From contig OY970309.1 in the NCBI GenBank assembly GCA_963716395.1, positions 96,001 to 160,000 of the forward strand: 64,000 nucleotides of DNA, in the 5' to 3' direction. Source of the DNA: an uncultured Fibrobacteria bacterium (GTDB taxonomy: Bacteria > Fibrobacterota > Fibrobacteria > UBA11236). The notes below the pieces were generated by a model that had not been told where the DNA came from, searched no databases, and worked only from the letters and a program-made list of their open reading frames with translations. The first letter of the stretch is position 1, and each line of letters starts with the position of its first letter. A program made the translations under genes and the position numbers. Of this stretch, positions 10,164 to 19,694 are shown in pieces.

Positions 10164-10874
10164 ATGCGCGCGCCCCCGCAACATATCGCCATCATCATGG
10201 ACGGCAACGGCCGCTGGGCGCGGCAGCGTCTACAGCCGCGCATTTTAGGACACAAAGCCGGCACGCGCGCCACCAAGCGCGTGGTCGAAGCCTGCGGTGA
10301 ACTGGGCGTCAAGTTCCTCACCATTTACGTGTTTTCTTCGGAGAACTGGGCACGGCCCATTCTCGAAGTCGATGCGTTGATGAACCTGCTGGTGGAAATG
10401 ATCCATCAGGAGATCGAGGATCTCCAGCGCAACAACGTGCGCCTGGTGGCCTTGGGCAACCGGGATCGCCTGCCGGATAAGACGCGGCGGGAATTGGAAT
10501 GGGGCATCGAACGAACCCGCGCCAACACCGGCTTGCAATTGAACCTCGCCGTTTCGTACGGCGGCCGCGAAGAGATCGTGTCGGCCTGCCGGCGCTTGGC
10601 GCAACAGGCCGTCGACGGAAGCTTGCAGCCGGCCCAAATCGACGAGGCGGCCTTCTCGCGTCAGCTCTATCTTCCCGACGTCCCCGATCCCGAATTGCTG
10701 ATCCGCACCGGCGGCGACCTGCGCATTTCGAATTTCCTGTTGTGGCAAGCGGCCTATACCGAGATTTACGTGACCCAAACCCTGTGGCCCGATTTCGGCA
10801 AGGCGGATCTGGTCCAGGCCATCGAAGACTACCAGCGGCGCCAGCGCCGCTTCGGCAAGGTACAGGAAACCTGA
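10164..10874 (+). CDS. uppS: Undecaprenyl diphosphate synthase (cis-isoprenyl transferase)
   Basis: HIAIIMDGNGRWA, FSSENWAR, YGGR, LIRTGGDLRISNFLLWQ, RRFG. Confidence 0.96.
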   Translation: MRAPPQHIAIIMDGNGRWARQRLQPRILGHKAGTRATKRVVEACGELGVKFLTIYVFSSENWARPILEVDALMNLLVEMIHQEIEDLQRNNVRLVALGNRDRLPDKTRRELEWGIERTRANTGLQLNLAVSYGGREEIVSACRRLAQQAVDGSLQPAQIDEAAFSRQLYLPDVPDPELLIRTGGDLRISNFLLWQAAYTEIYVTQTLWPDFGKADLVQAIEDYQRRQRRFGKVQET

Positions 10875-10876
10875 TT

Positions 10877-11692
10877 GTGTTTTGGCTGCGCATGCTTTCG
10901 GCGGCGGTGTTGCTGGCCGTCGGCTTTTCGGCCTTGCTGTTCGATCTGCGCAGCCGTTGGGCCATCATCGCCTGTGTGCTCGTGCCCGGGGCCTGGGAAT
11001 TAGCGCGTTTGGTGGATCGCAAATTCGACGCGCCGCCCCTGGCCTGGGTGGCGGGGGTATGCGTGTTGGGATTCTGCCTTCCCTATTTTCCCGGCGTAAC
11101 GCTTTCCACGCCGTGGCTTTGGGCCATGGCCTTAAGCGCACTCACGCTCTACATTCTTCTCGGATTCCGCTATCTGCCCATCGCGGTCATGGCGCCGTGG
11201 ATTCTCATGAACGGTTTTGTGTGCGCCTATCTGGGACTGTGGTCCGCGCGGCTGTTCGAACTGACGCGGCCGCAGCTCGGCTGGAGCGGGATCGGACCGC
11301 TGGCGTTCACCATTCTGTGCATCGCCACGGCCGACACGGCCGCCTATGCCGCCGGACGGCTCTTGGGAAAACACAAGCTCTGCCCCACCATCAGCGGCAA
11401 AAAAACCGTGGAGGGTGCGGCCGGCGGCCTCTTGGCCACCGTGCTCGTGGCCTGGCTGCTCGCCCACCCCCTGATCGGCTTCGGCGGCGCCAAGGCCTGT
11501 TTGCTGGGCGGGGTGTTGGCCGCCGTCTCGGTGATCGGCGATCTCTTCATCTCCGGGATCAAACGCTATGCCGGCGCCAAGGACACCTCGCATCTCATTC
11601 CCGGGCATGGCGGCATCATGGATCGCTTCGACGCTTTGACCTTTGCCGCCCCCATCGCCTGGTTTTTAATCCGCTGGCTGGCCGCGGCGTGA
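10877..11692 (+). CDS. cdsA: Phosphatidate cytidylyltransferase
   Basis: Multi-TM; DTAAYAAGR..GKHKL..ISGKKTVEG; IKR..GAKD..LIPGHGGIMDRFD; start GTG 10877 inferred (ATG 10892 alternative). Confidence 0.92.
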   Translation: MFWLRMLSAAVLLAVGFSALLFDLRSRWAIIACVLVPGAWELARLVDRKFDAPPLAWVAGVCVLGFCLPYFPGVTLSTPWLWAMALSALTLYILLGFRYLPIAVMAPWILMNGFVCAYLGLWSARLFELTRPQLGWSGIGPLAFTILCIATADTAAYAAGRLLGKHKLCPTISGKKTVEGAAGGLLATVLVAWLLAHPLIGFGGAKACLLGGVLAAVSVIGDLFISGIKRYAGAKDTSHLIPGHGGIMDRFDALTFAAPIAWFLIRWLAAA

Positions 11693-11727
11693 GCCGGTCG
11701 CGAACCCACCCAAGCTATATTCCCAGC

Positions 11728-12891
11728 ATGCCGCCCCAAAAAATCGCCCTGCTCGGCGCCACCGGATCGGTGGGAACTTCGGCCTTGAAAGTCGTGCGGC
11801 GGTATCCCGATCGTTTTCAAATCGTGGGCATGGCCGCGGGCCGGCAATGGCAGAAGCTGCTGCCGCTGCTGGAAGAATTCCAAACCGCCGACGCTGTGCT
11901 CTATGACCCCGACGCCGCCGAAGCCTTGTCCCGCCGCTTTCACGGCCGGGTGCGCAGCGGCATGGAAGGCCTATTGGATTTGGTATCCCGACCGGGCGTG
12001 GATTACGTGCTCAACGGCCTGGTGGGCGCCATCGGCTGCCGCCCCACTCTGGAAGCCATTCAACACGACAAGCAGGTGGGATTGGCCAACAAAGAAACCA
12101 TGGTCATGGCCGGGCCCGTGATCAACGCCGCGCTGCGCGCGCACCCGCGCAGCCGCATCCTGCCCATCGATTCGGAGCATTCGGCCATCTTCCAATGCCT
12201 GTCTTCGCGCCCCGTGGCCGAAGTGGAGCGCATTGAGCTCACGGCTTCGGGCGGGCCCTTTCGCGATTGGCCGCGCGAGCGCTTCGACGACATCACCAAG
12301 GCCGAGGCTTTAAAACATCCGACCTGGGTGATGGGCGAAAAAATCACCATCGATTCCGCGACCTTGATGAACAAGGGGCTCGAAGTCATCGAGGCGCATT
12401 TTCTCTTCGGCGTCGACTTCGACCGCATCCGCGTGGTAGTGCACCCGCGTTCCCTGGTGCATTCCTTGGTGCAATTCCGCGACGGATCGCTGATGGCGCA
12501 ATTGGGATGCGCCGACATGCAGGTGCCGATTCAATACGCCCTCAGCTATCCCGAACGTTTGCCCCTCGACGTGCCGCGTCTCAACCTGGCCGAAATCGGC
12601 CGGCTCGAATTCTTCACCCCTGACACCGCCAAGTTTCCCTGCCTGCGGCTGGCCTACGAAGCCGGCAAGCAAGGCGGGGCGGCCAGCGCGGTGCTCAACG
12701 CGGCCAACGAAGTCGCGGTGGCGCTGTTTCTGGAAGACCAAATTCCGTTTACCACCATTCCCAAAATCCTGGAAGCCGTCTTGGAAGATTCCACCCACGG
12801 ACCGTTGGAATCGCTCGATCAGGCCCTGGCGGCCGATGCCTGGGCGCGCCAACAGGCCCGAGATGTTGCCGATCAGTTGGTCGGAACTTGA
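11728..12891 (+). CDS. dxr: 1-deoxy-D-xylulose-5-phosphate reductoisomerase
   Basis: LLGATGSVG, LANKE, LPIDSEHSAIFQC, TASGGPF, HPTWVMGEKITIDSATLMNKGLEVIEA. Confidence 0.97.
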   Translation: MPPQKIALLGATGSVGTSALKVVRRYPDRFQIVGMAAGRQWQKLLPLLEEFQTADAVLYDPDAAEALSRRFHGRVRSGMEGLLDLVSRPGVDYVLNGLVGAIGCRPTLEAIQHDKQVGLANKETMVMAGPVINAALRAHPRSRILPIDSEHSAIFQCLSSRPVAEVERIELTASGGPFRDWPRERFDDITKAEALKHPTWVMGEKITIDSATLMNKGLEVIEAHFLFGVDFDRIRVVVHPRSLVHSLVQFRDGSLMAQLGCADMQVPIQYALSYPERLPLDVPRLNLAEIGRLEFFTPDTAKFPCLRLAYEAGKQGGAASAVLNAANEVAVALFLEDQIPFTTIPKILEAVLEDSTHGPLESLDQALAADAWARQQARDVADQLVGT

Positions 12892-12908
12892 TATACTAGG
12901 TCCTGCGC

Positions 12909-14243
12909 ATGAACCACCTCACCGGTTATTGGTCTTTGCTGTACCAGCTTCCCGTGGGCCTGCTGGGCCTGAGCCTCATGGTATTCGTCCACGAGTTCGG
13001 CCATTTCAGCGCGGCCAAATGGTGCGGCGTGCGCGTGCACACCTTCTCCATCGGCTTCGGCAAGAAGCTTGTGCGCCTGAAACGCGGCGACACGGAATAT
13101 TGCCTTTCCGCCATTCCTTTCGGCGGCTATGTGGCCATGGCCGGCGAAAGTCCCGACGAAGGCGGCTACGGCAACACCGACGAGTTCCGCATGCAACCCG
13201 TTCCCCTGCGCCTGCTCATCGCGGTGGCCGGGCCCGCGGCCAATCTCCTCTTCGCGGTGCTGATTCTCTTCGTGCTGTATCTGTCGGGCGTGCAAGAGCC
13301 CAAGTACGCCATGATCGTGGGCGAAGTCGTCAAGGGATCGGCCGCGGAACAGGCCGGTGTGCGGCCGGGCGACGAAATTCTCGCCTTTGACGGCAAAGCC
13401 GTGCATGACTGGGAGACGTTCGTGCAGGATGCGGCCATGCAGGGCGGCCGCTCCGAACCCCTGCTGCTGCGCCGCGGCGGACAAGACACCACGTTGAGCC
13501 TGACCCCGAAAATGGATCCGCGCTTCGGCGTCGCCCTCACCGGGATTCTGGGCGAGTGGGAAGTGCAAGTGCATAAGGTCATGCCGAATATGCCCGCCGG
13601 CGCCAACGGCATGCGGGAGGGCGACATCATCGAAAGCGTCGACGGCGAGAAAGTTCCCTCTTCCTCGGCCCTAGTCGACATGGTCAACGGATCGAAGGGG
13701 CGCCCGTTGCATTTCGAATTGCGCCGCGGCGCGAAGGAATTGGCCCTGGTGTTCGCCCCGGCTCTCAACGCCGACTCGCACCGGTATTTGATCGGCATTT
13801 ATCCGGCCAACATCATTCCCACCCATCTCGTCAAACGCGGCGTGATCGCCAGCGCCCGCGCCAGCTTCGTCAAAACCTGGGAGAATGCGACCTTGGTGTT
13901 TCGCACCTTCGCGGGCCTGCTCACGGGCCAGGTCAAGCTCAAGGCTTTGTCGGGCCCCATCGGCATCGTGCAGATGATTGCCGGCAGCCTGCGCCAAAGC
14001 CTGCAAACCTTTTTCGAATTCATGTCTCTGCTCAACACCAATTTGGGCGTGCTCAACCTGCTGCCGCTGGCCATCACCGACGGCGGCCTGATTTTGCTGT
14101 TGCTCATCGAGGCTGTGCGCCGCAAACCCCTGAGCCTGCGCACGCAGGGGCTGATCAACCGCCTGGGACTCAGCTTCTTCGTGGCCTTGTTTCTATTCGT
14201 CACCTTCCACGACATTCTGCGCATTCCCTGGCTGTTGGATTGA
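12909..14243 (+). CDS. rseP: RIP metalloprotease RseP (M50, two PDZ domains)
   Basis: HEFGH, FSIGFG, PFGGYV, AGPAAN, NLLPLAITDGG. Confidence 0.93.
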   Translation: MNHLTGYWSLLYQLPVGLLGLSLMVFVHEFGHFSAAKWCGVRVHTFSIGFGKKLVRLKRGDTEYCLSAIPFGGYVAMAGESPDEGGYGNTDEFRMQPVPLRLLIAVAGPAANLLFAVLILFVLYLSGVQEPKYAMIVGEVVKGSAAEQAGVRPGDEILAFDGKAVHDWETFVQDAAMQGGRSEPLLLRRGGQDTTLSLTPKMDPRFGVALTGILGEWEVQVHKVMPNMPAGANGMREGDIIESVDGEKVPSSSALVDMVNGSKGRPLHFELRRGAKELALVFAPALNADSHRYLIGIYPANIIPTHLVKRGVIASARASFVKTWENATLVFRTFAGLLTGQVKLKALSGPIGIVQMIAGSLRQSLQTFFEFMSLLNTNLGVLNLLPLAITDGGLILLLLIEAVRRKPLSLRTQGLINRLGLSFFVALFLFVTFHDILRIPWLLD

Positions 14244-14300
14244 GGCGAAGTTTTGTCGACCCCGGCCGGGGCCGACACATTTGCGTTTAAGTTTTTCGGC

Positions 14301-15575
14301 ATGAAAGTTCTGATCATCGGCAGCGGAGGCCGCGAACACGCACTCGGCCTCAAGTTCGCCCAATCCCGACTGCATCCCATCTTGGTATTCGCGCCCGGCA
14401 ATCCCGGCATGGCCGAGCTGGGCGCGTGCCATACGGTGGCGGCCGACGACATTTCCGGACTGCTGGCCCTGGCCAAGGCCGAAAGCGTCGATCTCACTGT
14501 GGTGGGTCCCGAAACGCCCCTGGTGCTCGGATTGGCCGACGCCTTCCGGACGCAAGGGTTGGCGGTATTCGGTCCCACGGCCGCAGCCGCCCGCCTCGAA
14601 GGCTCCAAGGCTTTCGCCAAGGATTTCATGGCGCGCCACGGCATTCCCACCGCGGCCTTTCGCACCTTTCACGTCTTGCCGCCGGCCCTCGCCTATTTGG
14701 AGCAAACCGGAGCGCCCGTGGTGGTCAAAGCCAGCGGCCTATGCGCCGGCAAAGGCGCCGTGGTCTGTCCGACGCGGGAGGAAGCGCAGCGGACCGTGAT
14801 GGCCATGCTGGGTCCCGAAGCCGAATTCGGCGAGGCCGGCCGCGAAATCGTGATCGAGGAATTTATGCAGGGTGAAGAGGCGTCGGTGTTCGCGGTCTGC
14901 GACGGAAAGAACTACGCCCTCCTGCCTACGGCGCAAGATCATAAACGCGCTTTTGATCACGACCAAGGCCCGAATACCGGCGGCATGGGTGCGTATTCCC
15001 CGGCGCGCGTTTTGACGCCGGAGCTGTTGCAGCGCGTGGGACGCGAAATCATCACGCCAACGCTCGACGCCATGCGAGCCGCGGGCCACCCCTATCAAGG
15101 CGTTTTGTACATAGGCCTGATGTTGACTCCCGGCGGACCCAAGGTGGTGGAGTTCAATTGCCGCCTCGGCGATCCTGAAACGCAATGCGTGCTGCCGATT
15201 TATCCCGGCGATCTTCTGGAGCTTTTCCGCTCGGCCGCGCTGGGTGAACTCGACCGTCGGGAACCGCCGCCGACCAGGCGTTCCGCCGCGGTGGTGGTCC
15301 TGGCCTCGGGCGGATATCCCGGATCGTTTCGTACCGGCCTTCCCATCGCCGGATTGGAGCAAGCACAAGCCCAAGGTGCCCGGGTGCTGCACGCCGGGAC
15401 GCGCCGGCAAGACGGCGCGCTGGTAACGTCCGGCGGACGGGTCTTGGGCGTGGTGGGCGAATCCGATTCCCTGGCCGGAGCTTTGCAGACCGCTTATGTC
15501 GGCGCGGCGCAAATCCATTTCGACGGAATGCATTATCGTCGCGATATCGGACAGCGCGGCTTGAAGGCCGCCTAA
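14301..15575 (+). CDS. purD: Phosphoribosylamine--glycine ligase
   Basis: MKVLIIGSGGREHAL, LEGSKAFAK, QDHKR..D.GPNTGGMGAY, EFNCRLGDPETQ, YRRDIG. Confidence 0.97.
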   Translation: MKVLIIGSGGREHALGLKFAQSRLHPILVFAPGNPGMAELGACHTVAADDISGLLALAKAESVDLTVVGPETPLVLGLADAFRTQGLAVFGPTAAAARLEGSKAFAKDFMARHGIPTAAFRTFHVLPPALAYLEQTGAPVVVKASGLCAGKGAVVCPTREEAQRTVMAMLGPEAEFGEAGREIVIEEFMQGEEASVFAVCDGKNYALLPTAQDHKRAFDHDQGPNTGGMGAYSPARVLTPELLQRVGREIITPTLDAMRAAGHPYQGVLYIGLMLTPGGPKVVEFNCRLGDPETQCVLPIYPGDLLELFRSAALGELDRREPPPTRRSAAVVVLASGGYPGSFRTGLPIAGLEQAQAQGARVLHAGTRRQDGALVTSGGRVLGVVGESDSLAGALQTAYVGAAQIHFDGMHYRRDIGQRGLKAA

Positions 15576-15580
15576 TCCAC

Positions 15581-16348
15581 ATGGCCTGGTTGCTGGGCTT
15601 GCTTTTCGCCTGGGCACAGGGTGCAAATCCGGTCGGCCTTCCCGCCGATACCGCCAGTCTGCGCAATTTGCACCAGAAGGTCCTGCAAGCGCCCGAACGG
15701 CTGACGTTCGACATCATCTGGGGCGGGTGGAGTTACAGTTGGGTGCATGCCGGCCAGGCGACGTTGGAATTGTTACCCACCCCCGATGACAAGGTTTGGG
15801 AAATCCGCAGTCGCGCTTGGTGTAACGGTCTTTTTCAATCCCTGTATCCGGTACAGGACACCGTCGTTTCATTTGTGGATGCCGCCGGAATTTATCCGCT
15901 TCGATTCGAAAAAAATTTGCATGAAGGCTCTTACCACAAGCATATCCTCACAGTTTTTGATCAAAAGCAACACTTTCTGGCCACGGAGGATACCACCTTC
16001 TCCATCGCCCCCTTCACCCAAGACGTCCTTTCTGCGTTTTATTTCATCCGCACACAAACCTTGGAGGTCGGCAAGAGCTTCGAGTTATCCGCGGTATCCG
16101 GCAAAAAGAACTACAAATTGCGGGTTTTATGCCATGACAGCGAAACCGTGACCGTGCCCGCCGGTACCTTCGCTTGTTTTCAGGTCGAACCCCTGCTGCA
16201 AGAAGACGGGTTGTTCAAGGCCAAAGGCAAGCTTTGGATTTGGATCACCCAGGATGCACGCCATCTGCCGGTGAAAATGCAAAGCCATATTCCCGTGGGA
16301 TCGATCAAAGCGGAATTGACGCGGATTCAGGATACTGTAACTAATTGA
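15581..16348 (+). CDS. DUF3108 domain exported protein
   Basis: Signal-like N-terminus; E.L.F.I.WG, QDVLSAFYFIR, ETVTVPAGTF, IWITQDARHLPVKM...GSIKAEL. Confidence 0.75.
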   Translation: MAWLLGLLFAWAQGANPVGLPADTASLRNLHQKVLQAPERLTFDIIWGGWSYSWVHAGQATLELLPTPDDKVWEIRSRAWCNGLFQSLYPVQDTVVSFVDAAGIYPLRFEKNLHEGSYHKHILTVFDQKQHFLATEDTTFSIAPFTQDVLSAFYFIRTQTLEVGKSFELSAVSGKKNYKLRVLCHDSETVTVPAGTFACFQVEPLLQEDGLFKAKGKLWIWITQDARHLPVKMQSHIPVGSIKAELTRIQDTVTN

Positions 16349-16645
16349 AATTCAACGTGTTATTGAAATAGCAGGCCTCCCGATCGACCGAGGTTGGCGA
16401 AGCAGCTTCCCCGGTTGACCCCAACCGCCGGCATTCGCCTGTAACGGAAACAGGGTTGAAAAGCATACACCGTCAACCAAGGTTGATACTCCGAATTGCT
16501 GCCTTGCAAGTCGATAAAATCTCGTGGTCAAAACCCCGCCAAGCCCATATCTTGATCACAAAAGGTTTCGGTACAGTTGGGGAACGGATCTATATTCTTA
16601 TAAAGTTTTATTCGTCTTCTTTAATCTTCAACCAAGGAGATCCTG

Positions 16646-17035
16646 GTGATGAATGCGCAAATGGATGATACGATGGATGATGACCTGAGCCAAACCCTCG
16701 CCAATGACAACGGCGATATGGCCCCCGCCGAAGAAGAAAAAGAGCCGGAAGCGCCTTGGGCCGACGAGCCGATGGTGACCGCGGCCATGCCCGTTCAGAA
16801 CCCGAAGAAAAAGCAAGCGGCGAAGAAAAAGGCCGCCCCAAGAACTCCCAAGAAAGCGGCTAAAAAAGTTGTGAAGAAAAATACGAAGCCGGCCGCGAAG
16901 AAAAGCATAAAGAAAAGCGCAAAGAAGAGCGCAAAGAAGAGCGCAAAAAAAAGCGCAAAGAAGGCCACGAAAAAATCCGCCAAGAAGGCTGCAAAACAGA
17001 GCAAGAAAAAAGCCGCGAAGAAAAAGAAGCGGTAA
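16646..17035 (+). CDS. Histone H1-like Lys/Ala-rich protein with acidic N-terminus
   Basis: AAGGAG SD at 16634-16639; D/E-rich first ~45 aa then KKSA/KKAA repeats. Confidence 0.75.
   Translation: MMNAQMDDTMDDDLSQTLANDNGDMAPAEEEKEPEAPWADEPMVTAAMPVQNPKKKQAAKKKAAPRTPKKAAKKVVKKNTKPAAKKSIKKSAKKSAKKSAKKSAKKATKKSAKKAAKQSKKKAAKKKKR
16898..16993 (+). repeat. 12-bp coding tandem repeat (AAGAARAGCGCA-like, KKSA)
   Basis: About eight imperfect 12-nt units read directly. Confidence 0.85.
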
Positions 17036-17038
17036 GTT

Positions 17039-17059
17039 CCCCTTGCTTGTTGCAAGGGG
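17039..17059 (+). terminator. Hairpin after the H1-like gene
   Basis: CCCCTTGC-ttgtt-GCAAGGGG; U-tract weak. Confidence 0.4.
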
Positions 17060-17274
17060 TTGAAGAAGCCGGGGGTAAAGCGCAGAAGCGTTCTCCTTCG
17101 CTTCGCGAAGGTGGATTTTGCGCAGCGTTATTTCACCCCCGCTTCCGTCCCGCAAATTCAGGCGCGGGACTACTATTCTTTTCGGATGTGCCGACCCTGC
17201 GTGCCAAAGGCGTACGGCGGATCAATCCAAGGTTGCGCCAACCTACTGCGAAATGTGAAGATGGGAGAGATTCC

Positions 17275-17754
17275 ATGATTCTGGAAAAAATCAACGCCGA
17301 TCTCATCGCGACCATGAAAGATCGCGAGCCCGCCCGCAAAGAGGCGAATCAGATCAAGATTTTGACCTTGCGCACCCTGCTGTCCGAAGTCAAAACCTTT
17401 CAAGTCAACCACCGCCGCGATCCTCTGGACGAGGAAGTGGCGGCCATCTTGCACAAGGGAATCAAGCAAATCAAAGAGACCCTGGAAAAGGCCCAAGGAC
17501 AAAACCAGGCCGGTGTAGTACGCGCGGACATCGTGGCCCAAGAATCCGCCAAATTGAATCTTTATCAAGGATATTTGCCGGCGCAAATGGAGCGAATGGA
17601 AATCGAAGCGCTGGTGCGTGCGGCCATCACCGAGGTGAAGGCCCAATCGATCAAAGATATGGGGGCGGTCATGGCCGTAGTACGCCCCAAAACCCAGGGG
17701 CGCGCCGACGGAAAATTGGTCAGCGATATCGTGCGCGCTTCGCTGGCGGTTTAA
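17275..17754 (+). CDS. GatB/YqeY domain protein
   Basis: I.ADL..TMK...LR.LLSEVK; E..L...YLPAQM; SIKDMGAVM..VRPK..GRADGKLVS.IVR. Confidence 0.88.
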   Translation: MILEKINADLIATMKDREPARKEANQIKILTLRTLLSEVKTFQVNHRRDPLDEEVAAILHKGIKQIKETLEKAQGQNQAGVVRADIVAQESAKLNLYQGYLPAQMERMEIEALVRAAITEVKAQSIKDMGAVMAVVRPKTQGRADGKLVSDIVRASLAV

Positions 17755-17785
17755 TTCTCGGCATTTTCTTCGGCCGGGAAATAAA

Positions 17786-17995
17786 ATGGAGCGCATGCCC
17801 GAACTCACTTGTTTTTGTTTTCGCGTCGAAAAGCAACGCATCGTCCAGGCCATCGAAGCAGGTTGCCGCAGCCTGGATGAAATCCGGGAGCGCCTTGGCG
17901 CCACCGGCGGATGCGGCGGATGCATTCCCGACGTCGAAGCCTTGCTCGAATTCTACGCCCGCCTGCCGGCGCAATCCGTCGCGTCACAAGCCTGA
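17786..17995 (+). CDS. Bfd-like [2Fe-2S]-binding protein
   Basis: CFC...I..AI..G......I....GA..GCGGC. Confidence 0.8.
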   Translation: MERMPELTCFCFRVEKQRIVQAIEAGCRSLDEIRERLGATGGCGGCIPDVEALLEFYARLPAQSVASQA

Positions 17996-19171
17996 ACCCG
18001 CTTCGGGTTCGACCCACAAAACGGCGGCCCGGCCGCGCAGACGCGTAAACACCAAGGTGGCCGAGGCCGGGCCGCGCGGTTGCAAACGCCGGCGCCAGGC
18101 TTCGGGGTCTATGTCGATCCCCCGTTTTTTGATCTCGAGAATGCCGACGTCGTGCTTTCCCAGTTCGCGGCGCAACAAGGCCGCGTCGCAAGGCAGCACC
18201 CGCTTCAGGCGATAGCATTTCCACAGCGGAGACGGCGGACGCTGCGGCCCGCTGAGATAGGCCAGGCGGCCGTCGAGCTGCCACAGGCCTTCGCGTTGCG
18301 CCAGCACGCCGAAGAGGTGGGCGCGCACCACGCATTTCACCGGTTCGTACAAATAGTCGCCGGGATCTTCGACACGGCCGAAACTGGTTTCGAGATCGGC
18401 CGACGCAGCCTCCACCACGGCCTGGGCGGGGAGTTCGACCGCCCGGATGCTTCCGGCCCGACCGAAGTCTCCGGTGCGCACCGTGAGTTCGAGGCAGGAG
18501 TCGCGCCATCCCAGATATTCGCACTCGTATTCGAGCAATTCGGCCGGAACCCGGGCGCCGGGCCCGAGCTTCACCACCGCATTCCGGAACCTTGCCACCA
18601 GAGACAAGACCGCCTCCCAACCCGGTTCGGGGTCGGCATCGTAATGCCGAACTCCATGGGCCAAAGCCCGCCGGGCCGGATCGAGCAGAATGCCCTCGAC
18701 GCGGGCCTGAAAACGGGCGGCATCGGCCCGCACCGCCATGGCAGGACGAAATAGTCCGACATTGTGGCGGTAAGCCCGCAGGATTTCCCCGTGCAGATCG
18801 ACCCCCAGCAACGGAATTGCGGCCGGCACATGCAGCGAATCGCCTCCCAGCCCGCAACACAAGTCGGCCAAGGGCCCGACGCCGGCCGGTAAACGCCCGG
18901 CTTTGTACCGCGCCAAGGGCTCGGGCGTCATTTGCTGCAAGCCCAGCGGCGTAAACAGCATGCGGTCGGCGTCGCGATGTTTGGCGCGCGCTCGCAAACG
19001 CAGAGCGCGTTGTTCCAGCACCGCCGTCCGCCAGAACGCCGGCTGATTTCTCAGCCAGGGCGCCGCAGCCAACTGCAAATCGTCGGCTTCCGCCTCCAGC
19101 GCGCGGCGCAACAAGGCTGCGCCCGGTTCGGAGTTCAGGAAGGCCAGCTTGGAAAGCGAGGAAAAATTCAC
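17984..19171 (-). CDS. Class I SAM-dependent methyltransferase with THUMP-like C-terminal domain
   Basis: Q..LR.RAR.K, FT..GLQQ.T, ADLCCGLGGD, LDPARR, VKLGPG, YLYEP, LEIKKRG; start GTG 19171 inferred. Confidence 0.8.
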   Translation of the reverse strand: MNFSSLSKLAFLNSEPGAALLRRALEAEADDLQLAAAPWLRNQPAFWRTAVLEQRALRLRARAKHRDADRMLFTPLGLQQMTPEPLARYKAGRLPAGVGPLADLCCGLGGDSLHVPAAIPLLGVDLHGEILRAYRHNVGLFRPAMAVRADAARFQARVEGILLDPARRALAHGVRHYDADPEPGWEAVLSLVARFRNAVVKLGPGARVPAELLEYECEYLGWRDSCLELTVRTGDFGRAGSIRAVELPAQAVVEAASADLETSFGRVEDPGDYLYEPVKCVVRAHLFGVLAQREGLWQLDGRLAYLSGPQRPPSPLWKCYRLKRVLPCDAALLRRELGKHDVGILEIKKRGIDIDPEAWRRRLQPRGPASATLVFTRLRGRAAVLWVEPEAGSGL

Positions 19172-19599
19172 GTGCTCAGCACCTGGCGGTTGGCGGCACC
19201 AACCACAGCTTCGGAATTTGGCCCAAAAAGTCAAGCTCCACGAGATCCTCCCGGCCGCCCAACTGACTGCGCGGTAAAATAGGATGGAGGGCCGGTTCCG
19301 GCGGTCGAAATAAGGTGAGGTCAGCGCGTTGCCCATAATAACTTCGATTCCGAACCAAATCCGGACGGGGTAATCTACACGTTACCCGGATGGCGCTCCG
19401 GATTGCAGTCGTCTTTTCCCGCGTGCGGTTCGCATGGCGACCCGATGGCAAAATCCGCGCGGCCTGCCGCGATCCGCCTGCCGGCGCCCTCCCCGACTTC
19501 GACCGCAACCCGTTGTGGCATCGGGAGTTCGCGCGCCGGCACCTGCAAACACCTTTCCCGCCCCCGCGGAAAGGCCTTGGCTGTTGGGTCGGCGACCAC

Positions 19600-19628
19600 T
19601 TGACACGGGTCTTTGCAGGCAATAGACT
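19600..19628 (+). promoter_or_regulatory. Near-consensus sigma70 promoter
   Basis: TTGACA-17 nt-TAGACT upstream of ORF 19695. Confidence 0.75.
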
Positions 19629-19694
19629 TAACTCAAGAAGCCTGCACGCGAAGCCGCTGTCACAGCCTTGCGAAGGATTCTCGGGAGGTACCGC

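Noticed and set aside
10499-11727. Long 5' extensions of the cdsA (10499) and dxr (10882) ORFs suggesting fusions
   Set aside because: Alternate-frame run-ons typical of high GC, overlapping uppS and cdsA; conserved motifs start at 10877 and 11728
16628-17155. Phe/Leu-rich minus-strand 'membrane protein' ORFs
   Set aside because: Reverse complement of the Lys-rich repeat
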